Shown: positions 51,943 through 64,000 of the stretch, piece by piece
How the letters are laid out: each line of letters starts with the position of its first letter
How positions within the stretch are numbered: position 1 is the first letter of the stretch
Source of the DNA: Vitrella brassicaformis CCMP3155
Lineage: Eukaryota > Protista > Chromerida
Length of the DNA stretch: 64,000 nt
Assembly (NCBI GenBank): GCA_001179505.1
Contig: CDMY01000356.1
Span: 124,001 to 188,000 of the forward strand
Reading direction: 5' to 3'
Translations under genes and position numbers: made by a program
The notes under the pieces: generated by a model
The model's input: only the letters and a program-made list of their open reading frames with translations
Told to the model about the DNA's origin: nothing
The model's database searches: none

Positions 51943-54292
51943 CTACCGCTCTACAATGAACACCTCGACATCTCGCGTAGCGAACTCCACTTCTCTCTCC
52001 GCCGCTCCGCTCTCCCCCTCCAGCTCCATCCTGGCCCCCATTCCCAGCGCCTCCCACACGTGGCCCGTCTGTCCCTTGCCCACCCGCACGCGACACGTGC
52101 CCATCTGGCCGCCCGCAAATGCCAAATGAAAGGCGCCAGAGATGTGGTCGTCCTTGCTGTGCGAGCTCTCCTGGTGGATGGTGATTGACCCGCTGCCGAT
52201 GCGGCAGGTGAGGTGGTTCTCGAGTGCCAGTGGGAAGACCGGCTCGAGCAGCCCGCCCTCGGTCACCGTGAAGCAGAACTCGCGCGTGAAGGAGGCCATC
52301 CTCGCCAAGCCTGGGGCGGTGGCGATGAAGGGCTGGTCGACAAAGGCGCCCACCATGCCCCTCCCCTGCTCTCGCCTGCCGTTGTCTCCCTCTTGGGATG
52401 GTGGTTTGGGTGAGAGGAGGAGCACGAACGGCCCCTTGCCCTGCATCTTCCTCTCGAGGTCAGGAAACGCCCATCCGTCTTTTGAAGCCCGGTAGAGGCA
52501 CTCGATGGTCTTGATGGGCGTGTTGAGGGCCTGCGAGAGGTAGGCTGAGAGGGAGGACAGCGCCGTGGCGCCGGTGAGGAGGGCGGACGTGCCGACCAAG
52601 TCGGGGAATGTGCCATACCTGCACGCAGACACATGCAGACAGAAGGGGTGGGGTGGGGTGAGGTCATGTGCGCGTGAAATTAAGAGAGCTTAGCTTACAT
52701 GCCCAGTGCTCTGAAAAGGCCCTCTTTGTCGTCGCCTTTGAGGGACGGCAGGCACACCACTGAGTGCGGCGCCAGCCGCTTCCTCCTGTAGTAGTCCACG
52801 GCGCGTGCGAAGTAGTCGGGCGACGCATTCAGCAGAGTCGGATTCCACCTGTTTATAGAGAGATGGAGAGACGTACGGGTACAGACAGAAAGCCATATGG
52901 GTGGATTGGATGTGTGTGGAGAGACGCACACACTGAGTGTGCGGCTCACTCAGTGACTCACTTGCAGAAGCGGAAGTAGAGGTTTGAATCTTCTCCACAG
53001 ACAGAGAGGGTGGACAGGCAGGTGGCCACCGTCACACCCAGGCAGCTGACGCTCCGCACACCCTCCCCCTCGCTCATCAGGAACATACCCGCCCTCCGCA
53101 GGCGCCTCTCCCACGTCTTCCTCCCCTCCTACCAACACAAATGCATGCGCACATAAACATACACGCCAATGCATTGCACGGATGTGATGTGTACGGGTGG
53201 GTGCACGATGCAGCGCACAGCAGCCGACCTTGAGGCTTTCCTCTTCCCTCATGACGTCTCGCTCCAGCCCCTCGACGGCACTGGCGATCTCCTGCACGTC
53301 GTCCAGGATGGTCTGCAGCACCGGGGTCACCTCCTTGTCCGACGACAGACGCTGCAGCGCCCGCATGCACGGTGTGCTCGCCGCCGCTGGAGAGCCGCTG
53401 TCGTCACCACCCGTCGGCCGCGACAGCAAGAGGTCGAAGTAGAACACGACAGATGGGTCTTCCTTCTCGCTCTTGCGTGGCTCGAGCGACAGCAGGTTGT
53501 CGTGCTCGTATGCGACCAGAACGCGCAAGATGGCGCGGAAGGCCGTCGGGTCTACGTCAAGGAAGATGGGGTTGGGGGGCGTGCTGCTGCACGCAGAGGG
53601 TGAGGTTGGGCTGGAAGGAGGAGATGTGGGAGCCGCTGGCTGGTAGGGGACGAGCATGTGGTCGAATGCTGCATGACACACAGACAGGGAGAGGGACATT
53701 GAGAGGGAGGGGGAGAAGGAGAATTGAAGGAACAATGAATGCATGGCTGGCGCGGGTGTGTCAAGTCACAGTGCCCTTCTTGCGTGGATTGCATTGCATA
53801 CCGCCGGAGAAGAGGTCGCATAGGAGGGATTCGCTCACGCACGTGAGGGTGGAGCGGGGAACCTATACATAGACAGACAGACAGCCAGAGGCAGGGCGGC
53901 ATGGAGGAACGACCTCTGTCTACGTCTGTATACTCACTCACCGTGAAGCCTTCCCCACCGACATTGACGACCAAGATGTCCTTGGGATCGCCCCGGATGT
54001 CCCGCCACCCACTGGCCCGCACATACTCATCGAGTTCCTTCCGCTTCCGCTCAACCAACTCACGACGCCTCTGGAAACACAATGCACACACATTCCATTG
54101 TCAAGGGAAGGCATTCATTTGCAGCGCGGCCATGCATTTCAGCCTCCGTAGTGATGATGCTCGGCGTACCTTAAGGTCTCTGACGACGCTCTCCACTTTT
54201 CCTGTAAGACTCTGCAGCGGGCAGTCGACGCTGGGAAGGCCAGTGAGTCCCACACGGGACATCCCGTCCTCCTCCGCCTCTGCACAATTCAT
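51943..54292 (-). CDS. BTB(KCTD-like)-coiled coil-BTB-TLDc protein
   Basis: ILVVNVGGEGFT and IFLDVDPTAFRAIL (BTB1); VSCLGVTVATCLSTL..PDYFARAVDYYR (BTB2); CLYRASKDGW..GPFVLLL..MVGAF..DVEVF (TLDc). Confidence 0.8.
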
Positions 54293-54570
54293 CTACGCGA
54301 CAAACCTGCGCGCTTGGGCGCGCGATCGGGACCGTTGGAGATCTGAAGACCCTAAAACTACAGTGTCAGCAAGTCAGCTGCCGTCTGTGTCGTCTGTAGG
54401 TGTCTATACGTCTGTACGAGTCCTGTATACGAAGGCAGCCGGGGGGGCAGGTGGTCTGATCACTGTTCTTTTCTGTTCTGCTCTGTTCTGTCTGTCTGCC
54501 TGCGTGTGGTGTGGAGCGATGTGCTGCCAGATAGGTAGATGTAGGTAGGTAGCTTGACGGACCGCCGAGG

Positions 54571-57202
54571 ATGAGGGGCGGGCTGCCTTGCTGCGGCTGC
54601 TGCTGCCAGGTCGTGTGGCTACAGTTGCTTCTGGCACTGCTGGCCTTACAGGGGGATGCCCAAGTGATTGCGGGTGTGCGGCCGCCGGGAATGAGGCTGA
54701 AGAAGCACCAGGCAATTCCAGGCAGAGGGAAGCAGCACCAGGCCCGAGAAAGTGCTGGTACAGACAGTCAATCGCACAGGCGTTCACACAGACACACACG
54801 CACACACACCGCATCTTTGTGTCTGTCTGTCTGTTGCCTTTATTGCAGTGGCTGTCGCGCCTGGGCCGCCTCCAGGCTATCTTAGTGAACCCACACCGGA
54901 GTACACAGATGAGTTCCAGGGCAGCGGGCTCGATCTGGGCAAATGGCACCAACGCCGTGAGTGCAAGTTCACGTCATTGAGCTGTCAAAGGCCACAGCAG
55001 GTGAGGGATGGCGGGTGGTGGATGGACAAATGGTTGCAAGGCAGGCAGGCGGCATGGATGGATGGAATTGGTGGTGTCGCGTGTGTCCACCAGGTGAGTG
55101 TGTCTGACGGCCTGATGCGCATCAAGCTCGAGAGCGTGGACCAGAACATCACCGTGCAAATCCCAGAGTCACAAGGCTGTCCCGAAAACGACACCATGGA
55201 CGGCTGTACGAGGGACTTCAAATACTTCGGGGGTAAGTAAGTGTCCGGCAGTGCAGTGTCCGGCAGTGCAGTGTCCGGCGAACCCTGCGTGCATCTGTGT
55301 GCGTCGCCGCGTGTGTGTAGGTGGCATCATCAGCAACTTCAACGTGTCCTTTGGCTACGCTGAGGGCCGCATCAGGTCCTGGAAGGATGGAGGGTGGTGG
55401 CAGGCCTTCTGGTCGGCCACGGCTGACACTCAGGTGGCCGGTGCCTGTGAGATCTGCAACATTGAGGGCTTCCCCAGGCAGGAGCTGGATGTCGTCGAAA
55501 TCAACTCAGGTACGTCCAACGACAGACACATAGCCCCCGACCATCCATCCATTCAAGCATCCTTCCCTTGTGTGTTTCGTGCAGGCATCAGCACAGCCCA
55601 GTGGAACTTGATAAAGTGGTCACCGGACCCTCGCACGTACTACAGCGGCCGATTTGCCGACCTGCCGGGCATCGTCAACAAGTGGACGGTGTGGGGAGTT
55701 GAATACACGCCAAACTACGTACGTACGCGTCGACGTGCAGAGAAGGCCACCTGAGTTGACACAGAGGGCTCTCCTTCCTGTTTGCAGAACCGCATATGGA
55801 AGGATGGCGTGTTCCTCGGCACTCTCGACAACCGGTATATGACCGTTCAGGAGCTGACTGAGTGGCACTGGTGGATCACCGCCATCATCACCTCATCGAG
55901 CCTCGCAAACATGGACGAGACCAACCTGCCAGGCGTATTTGAAGCGGACTACTTTAGGTGGTACGACCCCGACCCCGGCAAAAAGCTCGTCTTTCCGCCT
56001 TTGACGAACACGGACGCCTTCCCGCGTGTCACCCTCCCTCCCTGCCCCACCGTCACGCACACCCTTCCCCCATCCGTCCGGGCCTTCACTGTCGCTTTGT
56101 GGGTCAAACACGATCCATCCCTTGTGGAGGATCTCTTGACTGGTGGTGAGGAGGGGGTGCCGTATGTGACTTATTCCGTTCCTGGGGTGGACGGCAGTGC
56201 GGAGGAGCTGTCCGTCAAGTCAGTTCCGGGCGGCAAGCTGAGAATAACTGTTGCTGGGGAAACGGTGGATGTTGACGACTTCTGGCTGAGTGAGTGGGTG
56301 CATGTGCAGTGCACATCAGCTAGCTACGCACCGACAACGAATGCATCTCTTCATCGATCTTGTGTGGGCGTGGGTGTCTGTCTTCTTTGTGGTGTGCACT
56401 GCAGGTGATGACATCGATATCGTTGGGTGGACTCATGTTGGTGTGATATACGACGGATACGATCTGATCGTCTTCCGCAACGCAGAGGTGGTGTTCACCG
56501 AGGCGCTATGGGTGAGACACACGGAACAAAGCGCTGCGCCCACCAGTGCAGGAAGGCACATCTGTGTGTCTTGTGGTGTGCAGGAGGACGACCCGTTCAA
56601 GTCCCGCAATGGGCTCAATCGTAATGGCATCCTGACAGCGGGGCACATCTATACCCTCTCAACCAAGACCGGCGAGCTGTTGCCAGCCAGCTCGTTTGTA
56701 GGGGAGCTCGCCCATGTGAAGCTATTCACGTCAGCACTCTCCAAGAGAGACTTCTCTTCACTGTGAGCCCCCCTCCCCTACCGACCCAACCAACCAACCA
56801 CCAGCCTCCACCCACATCCCTCTGCTGCGCACTGCACTGCACTGCACCGGTCTCTCTGTCTGTCTGTCGTCCAGGTACTTTTGCCTGAACGTGTATGGCG
56901 ACTGGTTCGACTCACAGCTGGGCTACGAGACGGATGGGGGCGCTACAGCGACCTCGCCTGACGACCTCACGTGTCCCGACCGAATGGACGGCCCCTTCTA
57001 TCCCGCCGATGACGACGGGGTGGCAGACGAGGAGCGCGAGGCCCACCCCTTCAGCGGCTTTTTCGCGTCGGGGTACCAGCCCTTCTTCAACGGTAGCGCT
57101 ATACTGTACCCTGCTTCGAAGGCAACTGATAACATGACTGAGACGTACGTATACAACACGCAGCATGGATGGGTAGATCCGCACGGCTGGATGGGCTGGT
57201 AG
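54571..57202 (+). CDS. Secreted GH16 glycoside hydrolase with C-terminal LamG/ConA-like domain
   Basis: Signal-like VVWLQLLLALLALQG; DEFQGSGLDLGKW, FGYAEGRIR, GWWQAFW, catalytic ELDVVE (ExDxxE), WGVEYTP, DYFRWY; LamG motifs FTVALWVK, WTHVGVIYDG, F.GELAHVKLF. Confidence 0.85.
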
Positions 57203-58012
57203 GTATCTGACTGCTTGGCTAAAATTGTGTTCGTGAATGATGGAATTGTGTTGTTGGTCATTTTGTCAGACGGTGTGTGTGCGTGTTGCGTGTGGGTGTG
57301 GGTGTAGTGGAGGTATGTATGTGTGCGTGAGCAGAGAGGGAGGCACGACACACTGACTGCTGTTGGATTTGGTGTTTTTCCTGCTGACGCGTGTCTCGGT
57401 AGCTGTCTGTGCGGCTGTGTCCGTGCCCCCTCTCTCCTCCCGTGTTTATCTGTGGATATGTGGGTGTACATAAGCACGTCTCATATGCACCAGCATAGCG
57501 TGCGGCCGTGTGCGTGTTCGTGTTTGTGTTCGTGTGTGTGTGTGTGTGTGTGTGTGGCTCCGTGCGTGTGCGTGGTTTTCCTCCGGTCGTGCCGCATGCG
57601 GTACGTACAGGCGCCTTGACGCGTGAGTGCATCGAGGCAGCGGAGGGAATAGCAGACTGAGACATGCACGTCTGCGTAGGTCAACGTAGGAACTATATGC
57701 TGGATGTGCGTGTTTGCATGGTCATCAGGCCTGCGATATTTTCTATCTATTAGGCGTTTTTCGTGAGTAAGGGTGCGGTGCGGTGCGTGCGTACGTTCAT
57801 ACGAATGTCTCACTCTCGAATCTACCTGACTGACTTCTGCAAGTCCAATTAAATGTAACCCACACTGACTGACGGTCTGAAGAAGAGGCTCATTGTGTAC
57901 GTTCGATCATACATCCCTGTCTGTCATCCATCCAAATTTCGAGCTCACCTGTCGAGATTCGGAGACGGCGAGCGAGACGGGGGGCTTAACAGCTTTTTGT
58001 CTTTAAAAAGAT

Positions 58013-60082
58013 ATGTGTTTTCAGCCGGAATTCCTCAATTCCGACGTCGCTTTGGCTTTGCGTGAGTCCTCAGCGCCCGGCGGCAGACCGATTTGCCCAC
58101 CACTGGAGCATCCCATCAAGAAGAAGGTGAGTTGGGCATGGCGCACCAAAGAGGGCCATGTGTGTGCCAGCGATGCATTGGTATGCGAGGTTGATGGTCG
58201 CCCTTCCTACACTGCAATGCGCTGTCCTCCTCTTTCTTGTCTTGTGCTCGTCTGTTGGCACCGTGTGCCCGTGTGCCCGTGTGCCCGTGTGTGTGTCTAT
58301 GTATGTATGTGTGCAGGCGCCTGTCACCAGCACCAGCAGCTGCCGCAGCGGCAGCGGCAGCAGGCCAACTGCCCTCCACCCCAAGTCCCATCGGCCACGC
58401 CAATGGCGCCGCAGCAGCAGCGGCTGGAGCCGGGACGCCCGAGACTCCCAGGACGCCCGTCGCAATCAGCAGCAGTAAGTCCAGTCCGTCAGGCAGAGCT
58501 CGGCACTCTCTATGGCTTGGCCACTCCATCCATCCATTGATTGTATGTGTTTCTGTTTCCCTTGGGTCAGTGAGCGTAGGGACCCCGCGGCCCGCCGTGT
58601 GTCCAGATGGACGCCAACCACCTTGGGCTAAACTGCTGGCCCCGCATCGGAGAAATGTCTATCTCTTTCGACATTTGCATTCTGTGGGTGCGGTGTCTCC
58701 TTCCTTTGTGTGTGTGTGTGTGTGTGTCAGTTGGCGGATATGTTTGCGGGGAAGCACACGGACGTGCTGCCGGATGGCTTCACGGTCGTCGATGCGCGCT
58801 GGACCCCCAGAGTCAACCAGCCAGCCACCGGTCAGGGCAACCACTCTGCAGACGTGGGGCTTCCTGCCCTGTTATGCAAGCGCAACGCACGTCAACACGC
58901 CCGCCACATTGACAGAGAAGAGGGGGGAGGAGGTGGTCTCGGAGAAGGAGTGCGTGTTCATGGCCATGCCCTGGATGGCCATTGCCCGGAGTATGAGGGT
59001 GAGTATGCCAACAGACACACACACACACACACACAGAGAGAGAAAGGATACGGGGAGAGACTGTTGTTATGTGTCCTCTCTCTGTGTGTATGATGATATG
59101 AGTGCAGGAGGTCATCACGGAGCGGTGCACGCGGCCAGCAAAGAGGCCGTAGCCAACGCGCTGTGGCACCCGACGGGCGACCCAGATACGGCAACAAGCA
59201 CCCCAGTAACAATGTCACACACGTCAGCAATGAATTACTGTGCGTGCGCTGTTGGCCATTGATGGATCGGATCGGGCGGTCATCTTCCACTGTGAGTACT
59301 CACAGAGACGGGGGCCAGCCATGAAGGCCGATATGACCACCGCGACATCAATTCGGTGAGGGAGGGATCCACACACACACACATCGGTGGACCAACAATT
59401 GCATTGCACCCTGCCACTTTCCTCTCTCTGCAGGACTACCCGTTCAAGTTTGTGCTCGATGGCGGATACAGAGGCTTCTACACCAACAACAGAGGCGTAA
59501 GCGTGAAATCGAAACACACGACGGCACCCAATGCTGCACGTCATCTCTTTCTCTTTCTGCGTGTGTGTGCAGCGGCCGTACTGCGAGCCATGTGGGTATG
59601 TCTCTGAGCACGCCCTGAAGGGCTCAGCGGCGCGCAAGGCCGCCAATGAGCACAATGCCCGTTTTGCCGCCAAGCGGCAGAAAAGGTCGCGGCTGCCGCA
59701 GCCCTTCTTCGCCGCTGACCCCGCCGCCGACGACTGTGAGATGGAAGACGCCCCTGCTGCTGCTGCTACGCCAGCCATGCCGTTCCCCTGGCCCTCACCC
59801 CCTCAGCCGCAGGCCGCGAGCGGCGAGAGGAAGCGTAAGGGACGAGGCGAGGAGGACACCGACACGGAAGGGCCGCATCCCCTCCCTCAGGCGCAGGGAA
59901 GGGGCCTGAGGGCGTGCATGGCGCTGTTTGTTGAGGACATCAAGGACGGCACAACGCCATTTCCGGCAGGTTTTGAGTGGGCAAGACAGAAGGACAATGT
60001 CACACAATGCGGTGTGCCTGTGTTGGTTTGCCGCTTGATAGAAAAGACACGGGCTGTCTTTGTGTTGAGTGAGCGAAAGTGA
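58013..60082 (+). CDS. Multi-exon hypothetical protein; start and some exon phases unresolved
   Basis: Coding-like exons with GT-AG edges (MDANHLGLNCWPRIGE, DYPFKFVLDGGYRGFYTNNRG, RPYCEPCGYVSEH...LSERK*). Confidence 0.45.
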
Positions 60083-61962
60083 TGCCTCGATGATTGAATG
60101 GACAAAGTGAGTTGGGGACGAGTGCCTGTGTGGGATGAGGTCTCTTGATGTGACTGACACAGACAGCCATACACACACACACACACACAGCTGGCCCCAA
60201 GAGACAGAGTGATAGAGGTCTGTGCATCGCCAACGTTTCGCTCTCTCACTCTCTCTGCGTGTGTGTGTGTTTCGTTGGCGCGTCGGGCGGCTTGAATGGG
60301 TGGCTGGCTGGCTGGCTGGATGGATGGATGGATGGATGGGCGGCATGTGAGAGGGACATCTATCCCCTGGCCACGCGCGCCAGTAGCGTCTTTATGTGCA
60401 TCTGTGTGTGTCTCTTTCCTTCGATCGGTCAGATGGGTATCGCCGCCTGCATTCTATATTCTTTGTGATGTGTATCACATCCCATGCACAGGAACGTTCA
60501 GGAAGTGGCACAAGCAAGTCGGCCATGCACTTCTGCCCCAAGTAACTAAGTGAAAGTCGTCTGCTGTCCCCATCTGTTCGTGTGTCTGTCTGTCTACCTG
60601 TCCGTCGTGTCTGCAGGAGGTCCGTGATACAAGCTTGCGCCATTAGACCGGCTCTGAGCGGTCTAACGCTCTCCGTAGACGAGGCCCTTTACGAGCTGGG
60701 GAGGTCATACATACAGCTGTTGGGTGTGTGGCTGCGCTGCTTGACAGAGATGTGGAAATGGCTGCCTACATTTTATATCTCTGTCCACTCACTAATCGAG
60801 ACATCCGCTCGGACTTACATATTCTTGCGGACGGATGCGACATACATGAGTGCCGTTGAATGTCACACAATGCATTTTCAGACATGAATGTCAGTCACAT
60901 GTATGTATCTCTCTTGTCTGTCTGTGAGAACAGACACGCATCTACAGCGCATGCATCTGCAGCGCCAACTCGACTTGAATGCACTCGTTGCGGCCATTGC
61001 ACGCTCCACCACACAGGCACATCCACCATGACACATTGATACACAAACACACACACACACACACACAGACAGTCGTCCCCAACTCCATCCATCCACTGCC
61101 CCTACGCCCCTCTCTCTCTCTTCTCTGTGTGTCGGTGAAGGCCTGGACAGCTCTCGCCATCGGTCGGTCAGCCGAGCTACGGTTGCTATGCTACAGAAGG
61201 AGTTAGTCAGCCAGTGGACGGATTGGTGGGTGGGTGAGGGCACCAGCCAGCCTGCCAGCCTGCCTGCCTGCAAGGTCCCCAAACAGAGACAGGTGACCCC
61301 TCCCTCTACACACAGATAGATACGTACGTCAGCAAGGTAGATAGGCGGCAAAAATCCCAAATGAACCGGAGTGAGGGAGTGAGCGAGTGAGTCGGTCAAA
61401 ATCGGTGCAATGCAATGCAATGCAATGCAATGCCGCACACAAGACAACACAGCTTCTCGTCTGTACACATGACCAAGTATGTATGTATGTATGTAATACA
61501 GTCAGTCACGCGTGGGTCGGGTCGGCCAAAACCACCACTGTCTATCCACAGGACAGGCACTAGGTCCCCCTCAGCGGGTCAGTCAGTCGATGAAGACGAA
61601 TGGCAGGCACTCTCATCCTCCTGTAGCTAGTATGTATGCCTCAAACACGTGCCAGCCACACCCATTTAGTCATTGTACACCCCTGCCCCCCCAGGCCCAA
61701 CACGATACCAGCGAGACGAATGCCAAAAGAGACCCAGCACCCACCCACCCACCCACCCACCCTTACACAGATAAACCAATGTGCGAGCACTTCGCTGTCC
61801 CTCTCTGACCTTTCTCATCTGATCTGCAGCAATCGTCCATGTCAACCCACCGGTGACCCAGCCGGCCCGGCAAGATACATACATATTGCTATCGACACCC
61901 TTAGATTTCCCTCCGCCCACCCATTCGTTCCATCAGTCTGTCTTCTTAAGAGTGACTGTCTG

Positions 61963-63439
61963 CTATCGGTCTGCATCCGCGAGCACAAAGCTCGTCTGCT
62001 CCAGCACTTGCCGCCCTCCAGGGAGACTTGGTGACAACGCTGGCAGCCGCATGCCGCTCCCTGCCTCGGCCGGGAACACATCCGCTCCTCCACTCCTTCC
62101 CCACACACGCTCGGACAGGCCGAGGATCAGCTGCCTCAGCGGCCGCCTCTCAGCTGTCGGTGTCTGTGATAATGCTGTGTCCTGTGCTGCTGGTGTCTGT
62201 GCTGATGCGTCTGCCTTGAGGGATCGCTGTGCGGTCCTGGGGGTGAGTACGGCCTGGTACTGGTCGTTGTTCTGCAGCAGCTTGATGGCCGTGGCCACCA
62301 TGGGGTCGTACTGCAGGTTCTGGGAGAGGCGGAGGGTGTCGGGCAGATACCTGCACACAGGGAGGGACAGAGGGAGGGAGGGACGCATCAACACCAGGTG
62401 GGTGGCTGTCTGGATCTGGAGGTGGTTGTGGTTGTGGTTGTGGTTGCGGGTGATTGATTACCTTTGTTTGATGGCGTCTGCGAGGTCGAGTTTGAGTTCC
62501 TTTGCGTTGCGGACAAAGTCATTCTTGATCTCCTTGGCCAAGTCCTCCCTGCAGCCAGTCAGTCAAAGACGCCATATATCATATGCTGTCCTGCCTGCCT
62601 GCACTGGGGCGTGTATGTATATATGTCTATGTGACCTAAGTTGTTGTATTCCCTTTTCGACCGCCTTTGTATACGACTGGTCGCTGCGGTCCAACTCCTT
62701 CAGCAACGTACCTGCTCACACACAAGAGACACAGGGAGGCAGGCCGGATCGGATCCCCATACACACACACACACATGGGGTGAGGTGGTGTGCCTTGGCC
62801 GCGCTCTCTCACCTAGGTCGTTCAGTTGCGATGCGTAGAGAGTGTCGAGTTTGATCTTGCCGCTCTTGACGCGCTCCAACACCCACCTGTGACCATATAT
62901 GAAGACGCAGGGCAGGCATAATGGAAGGATACTCGTCTGTCTGCATGATGTGTGTCCATCCATCGAGGGATGTTTGTCGGGTAGGTACCCTTGGAAAGCG
63001 TCGTAGATGTCGTCAATCTGGCTGTCGATCTCACCACGATACTGCAAACAGTGCAGTGCAATGGGCACAGATATGATGCCTGTGTGAGAGTCTGTCCGGT
63101 GTGGTTCGTCTCCCACGCACCTGCCCACCCACCTCATTGAATTTGGACCACTCAGCCGCATAGTCGAACATAGCTCCCTGATAGATACACAAACACAGGA
63201 CTCGGGAGGGACACACACGTGTGTCGGTGTTCCTTCCCAACCCACGCACCCACACAGACAAGAGGAAGAAGCGTTTGGGGGTACATACCTGTGAGATGAG
63301 TGTGATCTCGAGAGGAGAGGTCTTGGGCAGGTTGACCTTTACGTCGGCCTCGATGCCGCCACCGTCGCGCACGTACCGACCCCCACGCGTCTTGAACACC
63401 TTCCTCTCGCTCTCGGATATCTCGTCAGACAGATACCTA

Positions 63440-63475
<36 letters not shown>

Positions 63476-64000
63476 TGGACATGAATGAAAGCATATGCCC
63501 TGTGCATCTGTCTGTCGACACACACATGTGTGTCACACACCTGAGGTCGCTGTCGTCAGTTTTCCTCCGTCCGTTCCTCCGTGACTGTGGGTCGGTCGTC
63601 GATGGCCCATTAATGGTCTCCTGCGGGGCCGTGGGTGTGCCCTGGGTGTCTTCGTTGGGGGTCGTGGTTGAGGCGTCGGCCATGTTGACGCCGCCCTCCG
63701 AGTACTTGACGCTCTGGATGCACCGACCGCTGGGCGTGTAATACCTGCACGCAGGCATGCAGAGAGGGGGGGAAGAAGGTGCGTGTTGCTCTCTCTCTCT
63801 TCTGCGATGGCTGGCTGACTTTGCGACGGTATATTTGAGAGCGGTGTCGAAGGGAAGGGCCTCGACGTTCTGGACCAGACCCTTGCCGAACGTCCTGCAG
63901 CAGCCACACACACACGCATGGCATGTATGGATGGATGGCGTGATCCGCTTAGTTACTGGCTCACTCACCTTCCTGTGCCGACGATGACGCCACAGTCCAG
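61963..64000 (-). CDS. ctpA: C-terminal-processing peptidase (S41/CtpA family), 3' part; the 5' part lies beyond the window
   Basis: VIVGTGR|TFGKGLVQ, LKYTVAK|YYTPSGRCIQ, DGGGIEADV, DPMVATAIKLL. Confidence 0.85.

Noticed and set aside
55241-55279. 15-bp tandem repeat GTGTCCGGCAGTGCA (about 2.6 copies), plus similar short repeats near 24493 and 35687
   Set aside because: Ordinary intronic or UTR minisatellites without spacers; not CRISPR-like.
60582-60887. Acceptor-preceded ORF (DEALYELGRSYIQLL) with an 8-bp hairpin TTAGACCG/CGGTCTAA
   Set aside because: No upstream in-phase exon or motif, and the stem is too short to distinguish from chance.

Overview
Intron-rich, GC-rich eukaryotic nuclear DNA with four 300-N assembly gaps. 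Introns are short GT-AG types packed with (GT)n, (CTGT)n and (GGAT)n microsatellites. Gene content points to a photosynthetic alveolate, most likely the chromerid Vitrella (inference): apicomplexan-type nuclear ATP synthase subunit c, a CDPK, a plastid-type bipartite leader and a split Cox2 piece. I assembled about 22 protein-coding gene models by hand. In order they are: possible Nup133-like, SRA-SET H3K9 methyltransferase, six-MYND protein, ATP synthase c, degenerate cytidylyltransferase, CDPK, double-PqiA membrane protein, HPPD, CDP-DAG synthase, dual-specificity phosphatase, plastid Rieske protein, Cox2 N-terminal fragment, cytochrome P450, a hypothetical, small Zn protein, LRR protein, Qc-SNARE, Yippee, BTB-BTB-TLDc, GH16-LamG, a second hypothetical, and a partial S41 peptidase. 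Three observations stand out. (1) A stand-alone nuclear gene encodes only the first transmembrane segment of Cox2, suggesting a three-way split. (2) Long, mutually unrelated pre-miRNA-like hairpins sit in the long tail-to-tail spacers. (3) Strands alternate almost strictly, giving nine head-to-head pairs with short spacers, several carrying an AGCTCGCA motif. Exon boundaries were read by eye and no database searches were run.
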